Assembly: GCA_013202295.1 (NCBI GenBank)
Contig: JABMRT010000088.1
Location: forward strand, 1,357-65,356
Reading direction: 5' to 3'
DNA length: 64,000 bases
From: Candidatus Zhuqueibacterota bacterium
GTDB taxonomy: Bacteria; Zhuqueibacterota; QNDG01; JABMRT01
Below, piece after piece: positions 41,031 through 50,964 of the stretch (positions within the stretch are counted from its first letter, which is position 1; each line of letters starts with the position of its first letter). Under the pieces are notes generated by a model that did not search any database, was not told the DNA's origin, and worked only from the letters and a program-made list of their open reading frames with translations. The translations under genes were made by a program, and so were the position numbers.

Positions 41031-44000
41031 AGCAGCGACAGTGAAACACGTACCCTTATTTTTTTGGATCGATACCAAACCCTTCAGGTGATGCTCAGCA
41101 ATACTGATCACGAGGTTCAAACCCATTGATTCCAAAGAGTGAAGATCAAATTTTTTAGGCAAGCCCTTACCATTATCCTTTACAGAGAGTTGGACTTGAT
41201 TGTTTTCCAATCGCTTTAAAGCAATTTTAATTTTATTATTCTTTTGTTTGGTATTTTGAAAGGGATGTTCAACTGCATTGCTGATAAGTTCGTGTACAAT
41301 CAATCCCCAGTAAATTGCGCTATCTGCAACAACGCAGACTGGTTTGCAATCTGAATCAATCGTAATGTCATTCTCGTGGATCTGATAAACGTAATACAAT
41401 GAACGTACATAGGATTGAATGAACTCTGCCAGATTAATATGCGACGGATTGTCTAAGTGATAGATCCGGTCTTGGATCATATCTATGGTATGGATTCTTT
41501 GATATGCAGAATCAATGATTCGCTTTGAGTGTGGATCTTTAATACGGTTACTTTGAAGTCGCAATAAACTGCAAATGATTTGAAGATTGGTATTAATCCG
41601 GAATTTCATTTCAGTTGACAATACTTCTTTATCTTGATTTAAACGGTTGATTTCAATGTCAACAGTGCCTCGACCTTTAACAATACATTTTGTCTCATAT
41701 ATTTGTTGGAATTCTTCACCCTTCAACCGACGAATATGCATGTCTGCAATACGTGCACGATCCTGTTCATCAATATAGTTTGTGAAATCAGTTCCTAATA
41801 ATTTGGGTAAAGAAATGCCAAGAAATAAAGGCACGCGATTATTTGCAAATAATATTTTACCATCTTGCAGGATCAGAATACCATCAGTGGCCAATTCGAC
41901 AAGGTGCCTGTATTTCGCTTCACTTTCTTTTAAAGCCATTTGCGTCATCACGCGGTCTGTGATATCGTTACTCATATAAACAGTATGGGTCGTATTTCCT
42001 TCGTGGTCTTTAATTGGAAAAATGATTACATCTCTCCAAATGATTTGTTCTGAAGGTGATGGCACTTGTATCGTACCTCGCCATTCAACTCCCTTACTAA
42101 CAACCACTTCCTGGATTTCTGAAAATTTTGCCAATAACGGCGAGTCTTTTGGCACATAGGTATTCCAATGTTTTCCAATGATCATTTCAGAATCATAATG
42201 ATATAATTCAAGATATTTTGGGTTTGCGTATTCAACAATTTGATCTTTGTTTAAAACATTGATTGAACTGGTGCTCTGCTCAACAACAGATGATAATACT
42301 TTTAATTGTTTTTCCACAGCCTTCAATTCTGTAACATCTCGAGATGTACTGCTGATGCGATATCCTTTACTAGTTTTTATAGGATTCACGATTATTTGAA
42401 TCACTTTATGTTTCTGATCAGCACTGACAATCTCAAGTTCACGGACTTCATTGAACCATGTTGCTTTTCCGGTGTTGCATACATCAAGATAGACAGTTTT
42501 TAATTCCCGTAGAGAAAATTGGTGTTGTTGTTCAATGAGTGATAGTTGAGCAAGAATTTCCCATATGGGTTTATGAATCGCATCTGATCTCTTGATAGCT
42601 GTCATAGATTCTTCACCCTTGTTCCATACAATAATAATCCCCTTTTCATCAGTCAGAATGATACCATCTGAGGATTGTTCAACCACACTACGAAAGCGTT
42701 CTTCGCTGTTCCGCAAGGCTTCTTCGGCCATTCTTCTATCCGTAATATCGCTTATAAAATGAAGTGTTGCTGGTTGTCCTTCCCATTCAAAGACAATGGA
42801 ATTGTTATATACCCATTTCATTTGTCCTTTTTTATCAATGATCCGTATTTCGTTTATAAGAGGTAGATCATCGCCATTTTGTCTTCTTTGCCGATGTTCC
42901 ACGACTTTTGTAGTATCATCTGGATACAAAAACTTTTCGATTGAAGAATTTTCAATGTCATTTTTCGTATAATCCAGTAGTTCTATTGTTTTTTGATTGT
43001 AAAACATGATTTTCGAATTTTGTACGACAAGAATAGCCTCATTGGCGTTTTCAACCACCAGCCGGTATTTTTCTTCGCTCTGTTGGAGTGCAATTTCTGC
43101 TTTCTTGCGTTCAGTAATGTCGAGAGAAACATTGGCCAAATACAGCGGCTTATCCGTATCGGAATCCTTTACGGTGAATGTGGTAGAATGGACGTCAGTA
43201 AGTTCACCTGTTTTCAGGTTGCGGTATTGCAGATCACCTTCCCAGATACCCCCGCTCATTAGTGTGGGCAGCATCTCTTTCTCCACCAGATCAACCAGAT
43301 GTTCAGGAATGACCTCCATAATGTGTGTCTGTTCGACTTCTTCGGGATCTATGCCGAGCATCCTGCCGCCGGCTTCATTCAGAAAAATCATTTTTCCTTC
43401 AAGCGTACCCAGGTTGACGAGTTCACTGCTGTGTCTTATCACGGCAGCAAGCTTCTCCATTTCCTCAATAGCACGCTTTCGCTCGGTAATATCAGAGAAA
43501 ACGCCAAATGCAACACTCTTGCCCCCAATTTTCCGTGTTGTCGAGGCTCTGTCGATCAGCCATATCCATTTACCATCTTTCCGCTGAATACGATATTCGA
43601 CCTCGTATTTCTTGTTGTTCATAAACAGTTGATTAAAAGCCTTTTGGACATGAATGACATCATCTTTATGAATTCGATTAAAAAATAATTCTTCTCCATT
43701 TTCATAGATTTCTTCAGGTGTATAACCATATACATTTTTCACGTTTGGACTGATATAGGTCGTTTTCCCATCCTCATCGGTTGCCCAGATGACAGAAGGA
43801 AGGTTTTCAATAAGCAGCCTGTTGTGTTCTTCACTTTCACGTAGAGCTGCTTCAGTCGCTTTAATGTCTGAAATATCTATGGCCAGACCAATAACATATT
43901 TTTTCTCATTGACTGTTACTTGCGTACCATTAGCCAAGAAGGGGATGATTTCACCGGCTTTTGTAATAATTGAGTATTCAGCTTGAACAGACTCCCCCTG

Positions 44001-46247
44001 AAAAACTCTTGATAACTCCTTTCCAATACGTTTCTGGTCCTCAGGGATGATATGGGCCATAGAAGATTTACCTTTTAATTCCTCTGCTGTGTAACCAAGT
44101 ATCTTCTCCCGATTCTTATTCCAGCGCATAATTGAACCTGTTTCATCGATAATGAAGAAATCACCCGGTAATCCTTCAATAATGCCATTTAAGAATTGTT
44201 TCTCTTCTTGAAGAGCCAATTCCATCATTTTGCGTTCTGTGATATCTTTGGTGATACCAATGAATGCAACAGGATTCCCAGCATCATCCTTTCGAATACT
44301 TGCAGACAATTCTCCGGGGAATTCGGACCCGTCTTTTCTGACAAGATCATATTCAACATTTCTTATTGAACCCATTGTGAACGTCTGATTCGTATTCTCA
44401 ATGGCCCTTTGATGATCCCTTTTAGAAATTAATTGAAGAACATTCATTCCAATTAATTCATCAACAGAACCATACCCATGTAAAGCACACGTTGCTTCAT
44501 TGCACTGTGTGATTATTCCCTCACCATCTGTCACCGTAATAGCATCTGGAGATGAATTGATAATGTCCCTAAGTTTCTTTTCACTTTCCCTTATAGCTTT
44601 TTCAGCTTCTTTTCTTTCAGTGACATCTCGAATTGCTGTAACTCGAATCGAACGACCATCAAGCATTATCGATCTGCCACGTGCCTCAACATGAAAAATT
44701 GAACCATCTTTCCGTATGGCTTCATGTTCATAATCTTCCTCAATCGCGGTTTTGATGTTATCAATCACAATCTTGTGGGAGGAAGGCGCCACGAATTTCA
44801 TAACCTCCATGCCAATCATCTCATCCCTTGTATAACCAAGCACAGTAGCCATTTGTTGGTTTACATCAATAACTTTACCCTTATCTGTGAATGCGATTCC
44901 TTCAAAAGTGGATTCAGATAGCCTTCTGAGCCTGTTTTCACTTTCCAATATTGCCTGCTCAGCATGTTTCCGCTCTGTAATATCTCTTAAAATGGCTTGA
45001 ATGTAAGTCACTCCTTTTAAAAACAATGGATTTAAACTCACTTCAGCGTCAAAGGGTGTCTCATCATGCTTTGTGTGCTTCCATTCAAAAATCTGATGTT
45101 CTCCAGCCTCTGTTTTATAAATTTTTTCAAGCGCCTTCTCTTTAGAATTTCGATTATCTGGTTGTTTTAAAGGCGAAAAATCATGAGGTGTGCGTCCGAT
45201 AATTTGATCTTTTTTACATCCAAATATTTTAAGTGTTTGCGCATTGCAATCAATAATTTTGTCACATTTCATAATAAAAATTGCATCATTGGTCGATTCA
45301 AAAAGTAACCGATATTTTTCTTCGTTTGCCAATAGATCGGCATCTAATTTTTGTCTCTCCATTGCATTGGCAAAAATCTGGGAAACAATCTTCAATAAAA
45401 CGATCTGTTCATCCGGCCATACGATATCTTTTGAACTGGATGCCAAACCCAAAACACCAATTAATTTCTTTCCATGCTGAATTGGCACCTCTAATCCGGA
45501 TTGGATCATGGCCGTCTTCAATATCTCGATCATATATTCTTCAGTCTCTGGAATTTTATCTATATTTGAAATCGATTGAACTTTACACCTTTTTATCTTT
45601 TTTGTCCACCATGGAAGCTTATCAGTTGAAATATTTTGCATTTTTGACTTCATATCTTTCAGCCTATCCCAGTGCCACTCTGCAACACAGGAGAGCTCAC
45701 TATGATCTTCAGATAATTGCAATACATAACTTCTATCACAACCTGTTACGCTACTGATTTGTTTAAGTGAAGCTTCGAATTCGGTATAAATCTCCTCAGT
45801 ATGCAGGTTGATATATCTAGTAGAAATTTCAGCAATTAATTGTTCAAAATTTAATCGAAATTGAATTTCATTCTCTGCTTTTTTCCGATCAGTTATATCT
45901 CGGATAACTGCCAGTATGTGTTCTTTTTCACCAATCTCAGCGACACGAAGCGTCACTTCACTGTCGAACAACTCACCTGATTTTCTTTTGGAGTACCAGT
46001 TAAAAACTTGAGTTGTCTCCTTACTAGCTTCTTGAATCCAGTAGTCTATGTTCTGATCAGAATCGATCATACTACTTGCACTAAGATCATTGAAATACAT
46101 TCCAATTAACTTCTTCGGATTGTATCCGAAAATAGATTTCACGGCTTCATTGGCCTCAAGGATTTTCCCAGTATCCTTATCAAGTATTAAAATCGCTTCA
46201 CTTGCCGCGTTAAGAATTTGTTGGTACTTTAATTCCTGCTCCTGCAT
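41022..46247 (-). CDS. Multi-PAS (about 10) + GAF sensor with degenerate HisKA_2/HATPase output; 3' part of a frameshifted REC-PAS-HK gene
   Basis: Ten (R/K/S/L/I/N)D(I/V)(T/S)(D/E)-type PAC ends; EVLSTEMKFRINTNLQ replaces EIHHRVKNNLQ; ELISNA, DNGKG, SMGL retained. Confidence 0.88.
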   Translation of the reverse strand: MQEQELKYQQILNAASEAILILDKDTGKILEANEAVKSIFGYNPKKLIGMYFNDLSASSMIDSDQNIDYWIQEASKETTQVFNWYSKRKSGELFDSEVTLRVAEIGEKEHILAVIRDITDRKKAENEIQFRLNFEQLIAEISTRYINLHTEEIYTEFEASLKQISSVTGCDRSYVLQLSEDHSELSCVAEWHWDRLKDMKSKMQNISTDKLPWWTKKIKRCKVQSISNIDKIPETEEYMIEILKTAMIQSGLEVPIQHGKKLIGVLGLASSSKDIVWPDEQIVLLKIVSQIFANAMERQKLDADLLANEEKYRLLFESTNDAIFIMKCDKIIDCNAQTLKIFGCKKDQIIGRTPHDFSPLKQPDNRNSKEKALEKIYKTEAGEHQIFEWKHTKHDETPFDAEVSLNPLFLKGVTYIQAILRDITERKHAEQAILESENRLRRLSESTFEGIAFTDKGKVIDVNQQMATVLGYTRDEMIGMEVMKFVAPSSHKIVIDNIKTAIEEDYEHEAIRKDGSIFHVEARGRSIMLDGRSIRVTAIRDVTERKEAEKAIRESEKKLRDIINSSPDAITVTDGEGIITQCNEATCALHGYGSVDELIGMNVLQLISKRDHQRAIENTNQTFTMGSIRNVEYDLVRKDGSEFPGELSASIRKDDAGNPVAFIGITKDITERKMMELALQEEKQFLNGIIEGLPGDFFIIDETGSIMRWNKNREKILGYTAEELKGKSSMAHIIPEDQKRIGKELSRVFQGESVQAEYSIITKAGEIIPFLANGTQVTVNEKKYVIGLAIDISDIKATEAALRESEEHNRLLIENLPSVIWATDEDGKTTYISPNVKNVYGYTPEEIYENGEELFFNRIHKDDVIHVQKAFNQLFMNNKKYEVEYRIQRKDGKWIWLIDRASTTRKIGGKSVAFGVFSDITERKRAIEEMEKLAAVIRHSSELVNLGTLEGKMIFLNEAGGRMLGIDPEEVEQTHIMEVIPEHLVDLVEKEMLPTLMSGGIWEGDLQYRNLKTGELTDVHSTTFTVKDSDTDKPLYLANVSLDITERKKAEIALQQSEEKYRLVVENANEAILVVQNSKIMFYNQKTIELLDYTKNDIENSSIEKFLYPDDTTKVVEHRQRRQNGDDLPLINEIRIIDKKGQMKWVYNNSIVFEWEGQPATLHFISDITDRRMAEEALRNSEERFRSVVEQSSDGIILTDEKGIIIVWNKGEESMTAIKRSDAIHKPIWEILAQLSLIEQQHQFSLRELKTVYLDVCNTGKATWFNEVRELEIVSADQKHKVIQIIVNPIKTSKGYRISSTSRDVTELKAVEKQLKVLSSVVEQSTSSINVLNKDQIVEYANPKYLELYHYDSEMIIGKHWNTYVPKDSPLLAKFSEIQEVVVSKGVEWRGTIQVPSPSEQIIWRDVIIFPIKDHEGNTTHTVYMSNDITDRVMTQMALKESEAKYRHLVELATDGILILQDGKILFANNRVPLFLGISLPKLLGTDFTNYIDEQDRARIADMHIRRLKGEEFQQIYETKCIVKGRGTVDIEINRLNQDKEVLSTEMKFRINTNLQIICSLLRLQSNRIKDPHSKRIIDSAYQRIHTIDMIQDRIYHLDNPSHINLAEFIQSYVRSLYYVYQIHENDITIDSDCKPVCVVADSAIYWGLIVHELISNAVEHPFQNTKQKNNKIKIALKRLENNQVQLSVKDNGKGLPKKFDLHSLESMGLNLVISIAEHHLKGLVSIQKNKGTCFTVAANG

Positions 46248-46633
46248 CTGTTTTTGAGTTGAGTGTTTATATAGTGCGATCTCTATTTGGGCACGAAGCT
46301 CCTTAATATCATTCAGAGGTTTAGAAATATATCCATAAGGTTGTACTGTTTTTATTTCATTTAATGTTTTTTCATCCCCATAAGCAGTTATAAAAATAAC
46401 AGGTATCTTATATTTAGCAGCAATCTTCTCTGTTGTCTTGATCCATCCAATTTTCCAGATAGCATTATATCCATAAGTATTAAGTCGGGTTGAGAATTCT
46501 CAAGATATTTTAATGTGGCTTCTCCAGATGAAATTGTATCCATGATATGGTATCCAACGGTTTCAAGTTTCTGCTGAATATCCAGTGCGATGACCACATC
46601 ATCTTCAACGATTAATATTTTGGATGTTTCCAT
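46248..46633 (-). pseudogene. N-terminal receiver domain of the multi-PAS gene, split by a 1-nt deletion near 46443
   Basis: METSKILIVEDD...LILMDIMLSGKLDG continues in another frame as IKTTEKIAAKYKIPVIFITAY...YGYISKP...IEIALYKH, in frame with and open to ATG 46247. Confidence 0.85.
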
Positions 46634-46987
46634 ATTCTTTTGCCCTTCATTTTAACCTGAAGCAGAAACGGAGAAATTAGAATATGCGACACTCTTGGTG
46701 TATAAAAATTATCAACTTATTAATTATGGATATTTTTTTTGGTTAAATCAATAGGAAATTAATATTTGGATAAAATGGGATCATTTAACCGGGATATCCG
46801 GCGCTGAATAAATTTATTAAAAATGAAGACAAACTACTTTTAACATCCTCAAAAAGTAACTCCAATGCCTATGATGATGTTTAATAAATTCAAACATGGA
46901 TGTGAAAATCAATGTGGATTATCATGAAAATGTTAGGTTTGATTTCTCTTGCAAGAACGCTGCATATAACAGGTGTGATTGGATAAG

Positions 46988-47021
46988 AAAAAGGGTGACT
47001 GATAATTCAATCACCCCTTTT
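46988..47021 (-). terminator. Intrinsic terminator of the HAD paralogue
   Basis: Minus strand AAGGGGTGATTGA-atta-TCAGTCACCCTTTTT. Confidence 0.75.
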
Positions 47022-47029
47022 AAAAGTAC

Positions 47030-47377
47030 TTAACAACTGATGGACTTTTCAGGTAGAAAAGTCTGTCTCACATGATCCCAACCAGGAAATGGCGGAAAAT
47101 TACGGTCATCAATATAGACGTTGGCCATAATTTTGGAATACCCGGGTTTATGACGTCGGACCACATTCTTGTTAATCGCATCAGGCCGAAATCCTCGATT
47201 CTCAAACCATTCTATAATTGGGGCCAGCCTAGGTGCAACCCTGCATGTGTAGATGATGATTTTATGACCTTTGTTTTGTAAATCCTTAAGTGTATTTACT
47301 GCACCTGGGATCTCTGGCCCGATCTCAGGATACTCATGTTCGACGATAGTCCCGTCGAAATCGATTGCGAAAATCAT
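47030..47377 (-). CDS. Small capless HAD-superfamily phosphatase, paralogue of 3717-4109
   Basis: FAIDFDGTIVEH, GHKIIIYTCR, SKIMANVYIDDR. Confidence 0.88.
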   Translation of the reverse strand: MIFAIDFDGTIVEHEYPEIGPEIPGAVNTLKDLQNKGHKIIIYTCRVAPRLAPIIEWFENRGFRPDAINKNVVRRHKPGYSKIMANVYIDDRNFPPFPGWDHVRQTFLPEKSISC

Positions 47378-47439
47378 TTTCCCCCTCTTTCTTCGTCTCT
47401 CCTCGTTTGACAGGATGTGGCATTTGTGATATCTGAATT

Positions 47440-47456
47440 AGCAAAAACATTGCCAA
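47440..47456 (-). promoter_or_regulatory. Sigma-54 promoter
   Basis: Minus strand TTGGCAATGTTTTTGCT = GG-N10-GC consensus, ~63 bp upstream of ATG 47377. Confidence 0.7.
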
Positions 47457-47732
47457 AATGGAAATGGTGAAATTTAGCCTCAATTTGGACGGGAGATCTG
47501 ACTATAGGAGGAAGTCGCGGTTTATTTCTGACCATATTCCGGTCACATATCATCCAGCCGGAGTAAAAACCGGGAGATGCCTGTATATAACTGGAAGCCC
47601 GCAATGAACCGTTTCTCAATTGAATACGAAAATCGGTTTCCGGTGGAATAAAAATGTTGTTACACAAAAATATTTACGGAGTCGGTGCCGAGAGATTGAG
47701 GCGGAATGTTCTTTATATATTTACCAATGTTT

Positions 47733-47858
47733 TTCTAACGGCTTGACTAACTGGTTTTAAAACTAAACGAATACTTGCTTTGAAAAAACAATTCCACAAA
47801 GAGTAAAATTAAAAAAACAAACATGCTTTTTAAAATCCAGTTCAGCCAATTGATATGT
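47733..47858 (-). mobile_element. attC site (distal; R'' mutated to ACATATC)
   Basis: Minus strand ACATATC-aattggctgaactggattttaaaa...ttttaaaaccagttagtcaagcc-GTTAGAA; 126 bp, clearly homologous to 52426-52550. Confidence 0.8.
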
Positions 47859-47873
47859 GCTATATTACTTGAT

Positions 47874-48917
47874 TTAAATATCTTCATCGATATTAAATGT
47901 TGGGTATTCTCTTATTACTTTTATTGCATCATCGTATGACATTTCTCCTTTTTCGACCCCATCATAATAGTAATTCCAAATAATATATTTAAGATGAAGA
48001 GAATCTCTGCCAAACTTAAAAATATCTTCCATTGTCAGATAACCGTCTTCATGAATTGGTTCATCAACGCCATTTCTTATGTCATTTTTATGATGCTTAT
48101 ACGAACAATCTTGAACCGAGCAAAATAGTGTCAGTTTATCTTTATATTCATCATACATTGGGTAAGTCACTTTTCTCATCCAACGTCGATATGGAAGAAT
48201 ATCTGGACCACCCATAAAAATTCCGTAATAAATTATCGTATCTGCTATTTGTCGTAAATACTCATTACCATCACCCAGGAAATTTGAATACCAAAAAACA
48301 TTACTATTTGGGATGCCATTATGAAGGCCAATTAAAATTTTAATCAGTGCATCTCTGTATTTCTCGTCTGTATATTTATGTATTTCGAATCCCTCTTTAG
48401 TAACATTTAGTGAAGATTCCTGAATTGCGATACCTTCAAAGTTTGGGTGTGTATCAAATTGCTCTCCAATTGCTTTTCCTAAAGCAACAAATCGCTCAAC
48501 AACATACGGATCCCAACGAATAGGACAGTATCCTGCCTCCTTAGAATAATATTCATAATCAGATAAATATTCTGGCATAGCTCCTTTTTCTCCAAAAGAA
48601 ACATCGATAAGAAAAACAACAAGTTGCTTGTCACGTGCACTTAAGAAATCTAAGTCTTTCTCAATTTGTGAAAAATCATATACATTCTTTTCAGGCTCTA
48701 AATGTCTCCAAAGATATCTTTTATTTACTCCCTGAACTGATGGTTCATTCAAGTATTTGATGTCTTTCATTTGTTCATACGGACTAAGGGCAACATAATG
48801 GCCTGGGTTATACTTTTTTTCTAATTTTCTATTTGTACAACTAAATAAATGAATTAATAATGCTGAAAATACTATTACTCGAAATGTTGTCAAAATTTTT
48901 GTTTTATTATTTCTCAA
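47874..48917 (-). CDS. Cassette-borne lipoprotein with glycoside-hydrolase-like TIM barrel (clan GH-A-like)
   Basis: LFSC lipobox; W..LEPEKNVYDFS.I, RWDPYV.ERF, IQESS motifs. Confidence 0.6.
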   Translation of the reverse strand: MRNNKTKILTTFRVIVFSALLIHLFSCTNRKLEKKYNPGHYVALSPYEQMKDIKYLNEPSVQGVNKRYLWRHLEPEKNVYDFSQIEKDLDFLSARDKQLVVFLIDVSFGEKGAMPEYLSDYEYYSKEAGYCPIRWDPYVVERFVALGKAIGEQFDTHPNFEGIAIQESSLNVTKEGFEIHKYTDEKYRDALIKILIGLHNGIPNSNVFWYSNFLGDGNEYLRQIADTIIYYGIFMGGPDILPYRRWMRKVTYPMYDEYKDKLTLFCSVQDCSYKHHKNDIRNGVDEPIHEDGYLTMEDIFKFGRDSLHLKYIIWNYYYDGVEKGEMSYDDAIKVIREYPTFNIDEDI

Positions 48918-48956
48918 AATTCAATTCTCCATTTAGAAATGGTGTGTTACTGTTAC

Positions 48957-49087
48957 GCTTAACGATGGTTATAAGGGGACGAAAACCCTACGGCGATGTG
49001 TTTCGCGTCGCCAGCACCTGAGCCCGAATTAAAACCTGAACATGCAACCGGAACGCGTTTGCGTTCCGTTGCATGCCCGGGTTATAC
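48957..49087 (-). mobile_element. Divergent/composite attC-like site
   Basis: Minus strand starts GTATAAC 10 bp after the CocE stop and ends GTTAAGC; contains the hairpin CATGCAAC-GGAACGC-aaac-GCGTTCC-g-GTTGCATG. Confidence 0.65.
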
Positions 49088-49096
49088 GCGATTTTT

Positions 49097-50950
49097 TTAG
49101 TTACTTATAACTGGTAAAGTGATTTTCGAAGCCAATTGGCTATTTCGGTAAATTGTTATTTCAGGGACAGGTTTTTCCTCTAGTATCTCATCCCATTTTT
49201 CATTTGCGCAACTAATACTGACGCGAATTCGATGCCCTTTGTTAAATATGTTAGAGAGCGGCATTAAATCGAATTTAAGTTCAACAGGTTGGTCTTCTGG
49301 AATTGGCATTATATCTTCCTCAAAATGACGATGATACGGTAAATCCATATTATCAAAAGGTGGTTTTGCTTCCTTTCGATGTGAAGCCCGTAAACAACCA
49401 TCTGTGATTAAATAAGATTTGCCATCATTATCAATTTCTTCCAGATAAACATAAAAATTACCGTCACCAAAACTTGAAGATACAAAAAGTGTAACAACAG
49501 GACTTCCGATAACGGTCACGTCTGTATCCAGAAGAGGTGTTGTATAAGTTAAACTCTTTAGGTCGTTTGGGGTCATATCCGGAGCGTTGAGATTTTGAAT
49601 CGGCGCCCGAGGAAGGTGGATTTTACCAATACTGGTGCTGTAATCTACTTTGTAAATATCCTTGCATATTTTATCTGCTGAAATCTTTACTGACAAACCA
49701 CCATCATTAACAGATGAAACACTCTCTGATTGTCCTCCCGAAAAATAGTAGTCTGCCTGGTCAATTTTTGGGAGCGGCCACCTATTCGTGCTGTGCCAGG
49801 TATATTCACCCGGATTATTTATAACAGCGTATAAAATTGCAGGCTCCTCCATAATCCCATTAACGATGTCCTTTAGCCAATAGTCGAACCAACGCAATTG
49901 TTCAATGGTGTATAATTTATAACGCTCAGTACGTACAGTGGAGTCTAAATCGGAATGAGCCCAGGGTCCTATAACAAGTTTCTGTGGATTTTTCAGATTT
50001 CTGAAATATTGAAACACATCACGGGGAAAGCCATCAAACCAGCCAGCCCAATGATAGACAGCAATGGAAGATGAGCTTATTCGCTTGATATGGGACATCG
50101 GGTTGTCCAATGTCCAGGGTTTTGTTATTTCACCCTCGCTATCATGAAAAGGGAAATTAGCCATAAGTATTGGATCTACATTTTCTCGATGTTGTTCTCT
50201 TGCAGCAGCTGTGTAAACACCATCTACATCCTCATCCACGTGAATAAACGGCGCCTCAAAATCCTGCCATTTAAAATTTTTGCTGACCATTTCAAGAATA
50301 ATTTTACGAAGAATTCCACCTGGATAAATGAGCTGATATAGATCAAAGGCCCCCATTGAAGGAAAAATAGCTTTCAAATGCGGCGGGGAAAGAGAAGCAG
50401 TCATTAATTGGATATGTGCGCTGTATGAATGTCCGAACATACCCACATTGCTATCACACCATGATTGACTTGCCAGCCATTCAATAATATCGTAACCATC
50501 CTTTGCCTCCTCCATGGAAACCGGACCTGTTACTTGTCCGAATGAGGCGCCTCTTCCCCTACTATCTACAATAGCGATAATGTAACCGTGACGCACGAGC
50601 GTTTGCAAAGATGTGCTTCGGTCCACCATTGAGATCACTTTCCCATTTTCCATTCTTGCCCGCAAATACGAATAATAATTCAAGAGTGCTGGTAGTGGAT
50701 TTTCTTCTACTTTTCCATCTATTGTGGGGCGGATGATATCGATAGCAATTTTGACACTATCGCGCATGGTGACGTATTTTGATGTACGTTCCCAACCATT
50801 ATATTTTTCTTCCGAGTAGCCTTCGTATTTTCCAAATTCAGATATGGCGCCCGGTTTCGGGGATTTTGTTTTTTCAAAAGAAATCACACCGAATAGAAGA
50901 AGAACCAATATATATAGAAAAATCTTTTGCCATTGCTTAGACGTAATCAT
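49097..50950 (-). CDS. CocE/NonD-family hydrolase (peptidase S15-like)
   Basis: VTMRDSVKIA.D, DSRGRGASFG, DGYDIIEWLA.Q.WCDSNVGMFGHSY, GWFD, IGPWAH; jelly-roll C-terminus. Confidence 0.92.
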   Translation of the reverse strand: MITSKQWQKIFLYILVLLLFGVISFEKTKSPKPGAISEFGKYEGYSEEKYNGWERTSKYVTMRDSVKIAIDIIRPTIDGKVEENPLPALLNYYSYLRARMENGKVISMVDRSTSLQTLVRHGYIIAIVDSRGRGASFGQVTGPVSMEEAKDGYDIIEWLASQSWCDSNVGMFGHSYSAHIQLMTASLSPPHLKAIFPSMGAFDLYQLIYPGGILRKIILEMVSKNFKWQDFEAPFIHVDEDVDGVYTAAAREQHRENVDPILMANFPFHDSEGEITKPWTLDNPMSHIKRISSSSIAVYHWAGWFDGFPRDVFQYFRNLKNPQKLVIGPWAHSDLDSTVRTERYKLYTIEQLRWFDYWLKDIVNGIMEEPAILYAVINNPGEYTWHSTNRWPLPKIDQADYYFSGGQSESVSSVNDGGLSVKISADKICKDIYKVDYSTSIGKIHLPRAPIQNLNAPDMTPNDLKSLTYTTPLLDTDVTVIGSPVVTLFVSSSFGDGNFYVYLEEIDNDGKSYLITDGCLRASHRKEAKPPFDNMDLPYHRHFEEDIMPIPEDQPVELKFDLMPLSNIFNKGHRIRVSISCANEKWDEILEEKPVPEITIYRNSQLASKITLPVISN

Positions 50951-50964
50951 AAGCGCCTCCTGAT

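Noticed and set aside
47374-47667. 97-aa ORF downstream of the last attC
   Set aside because: No recognisable motif or RBS, and it overlaps the sigma-54 promoter and RBS of the HAD gene; likely spurious or a cassette remnant.
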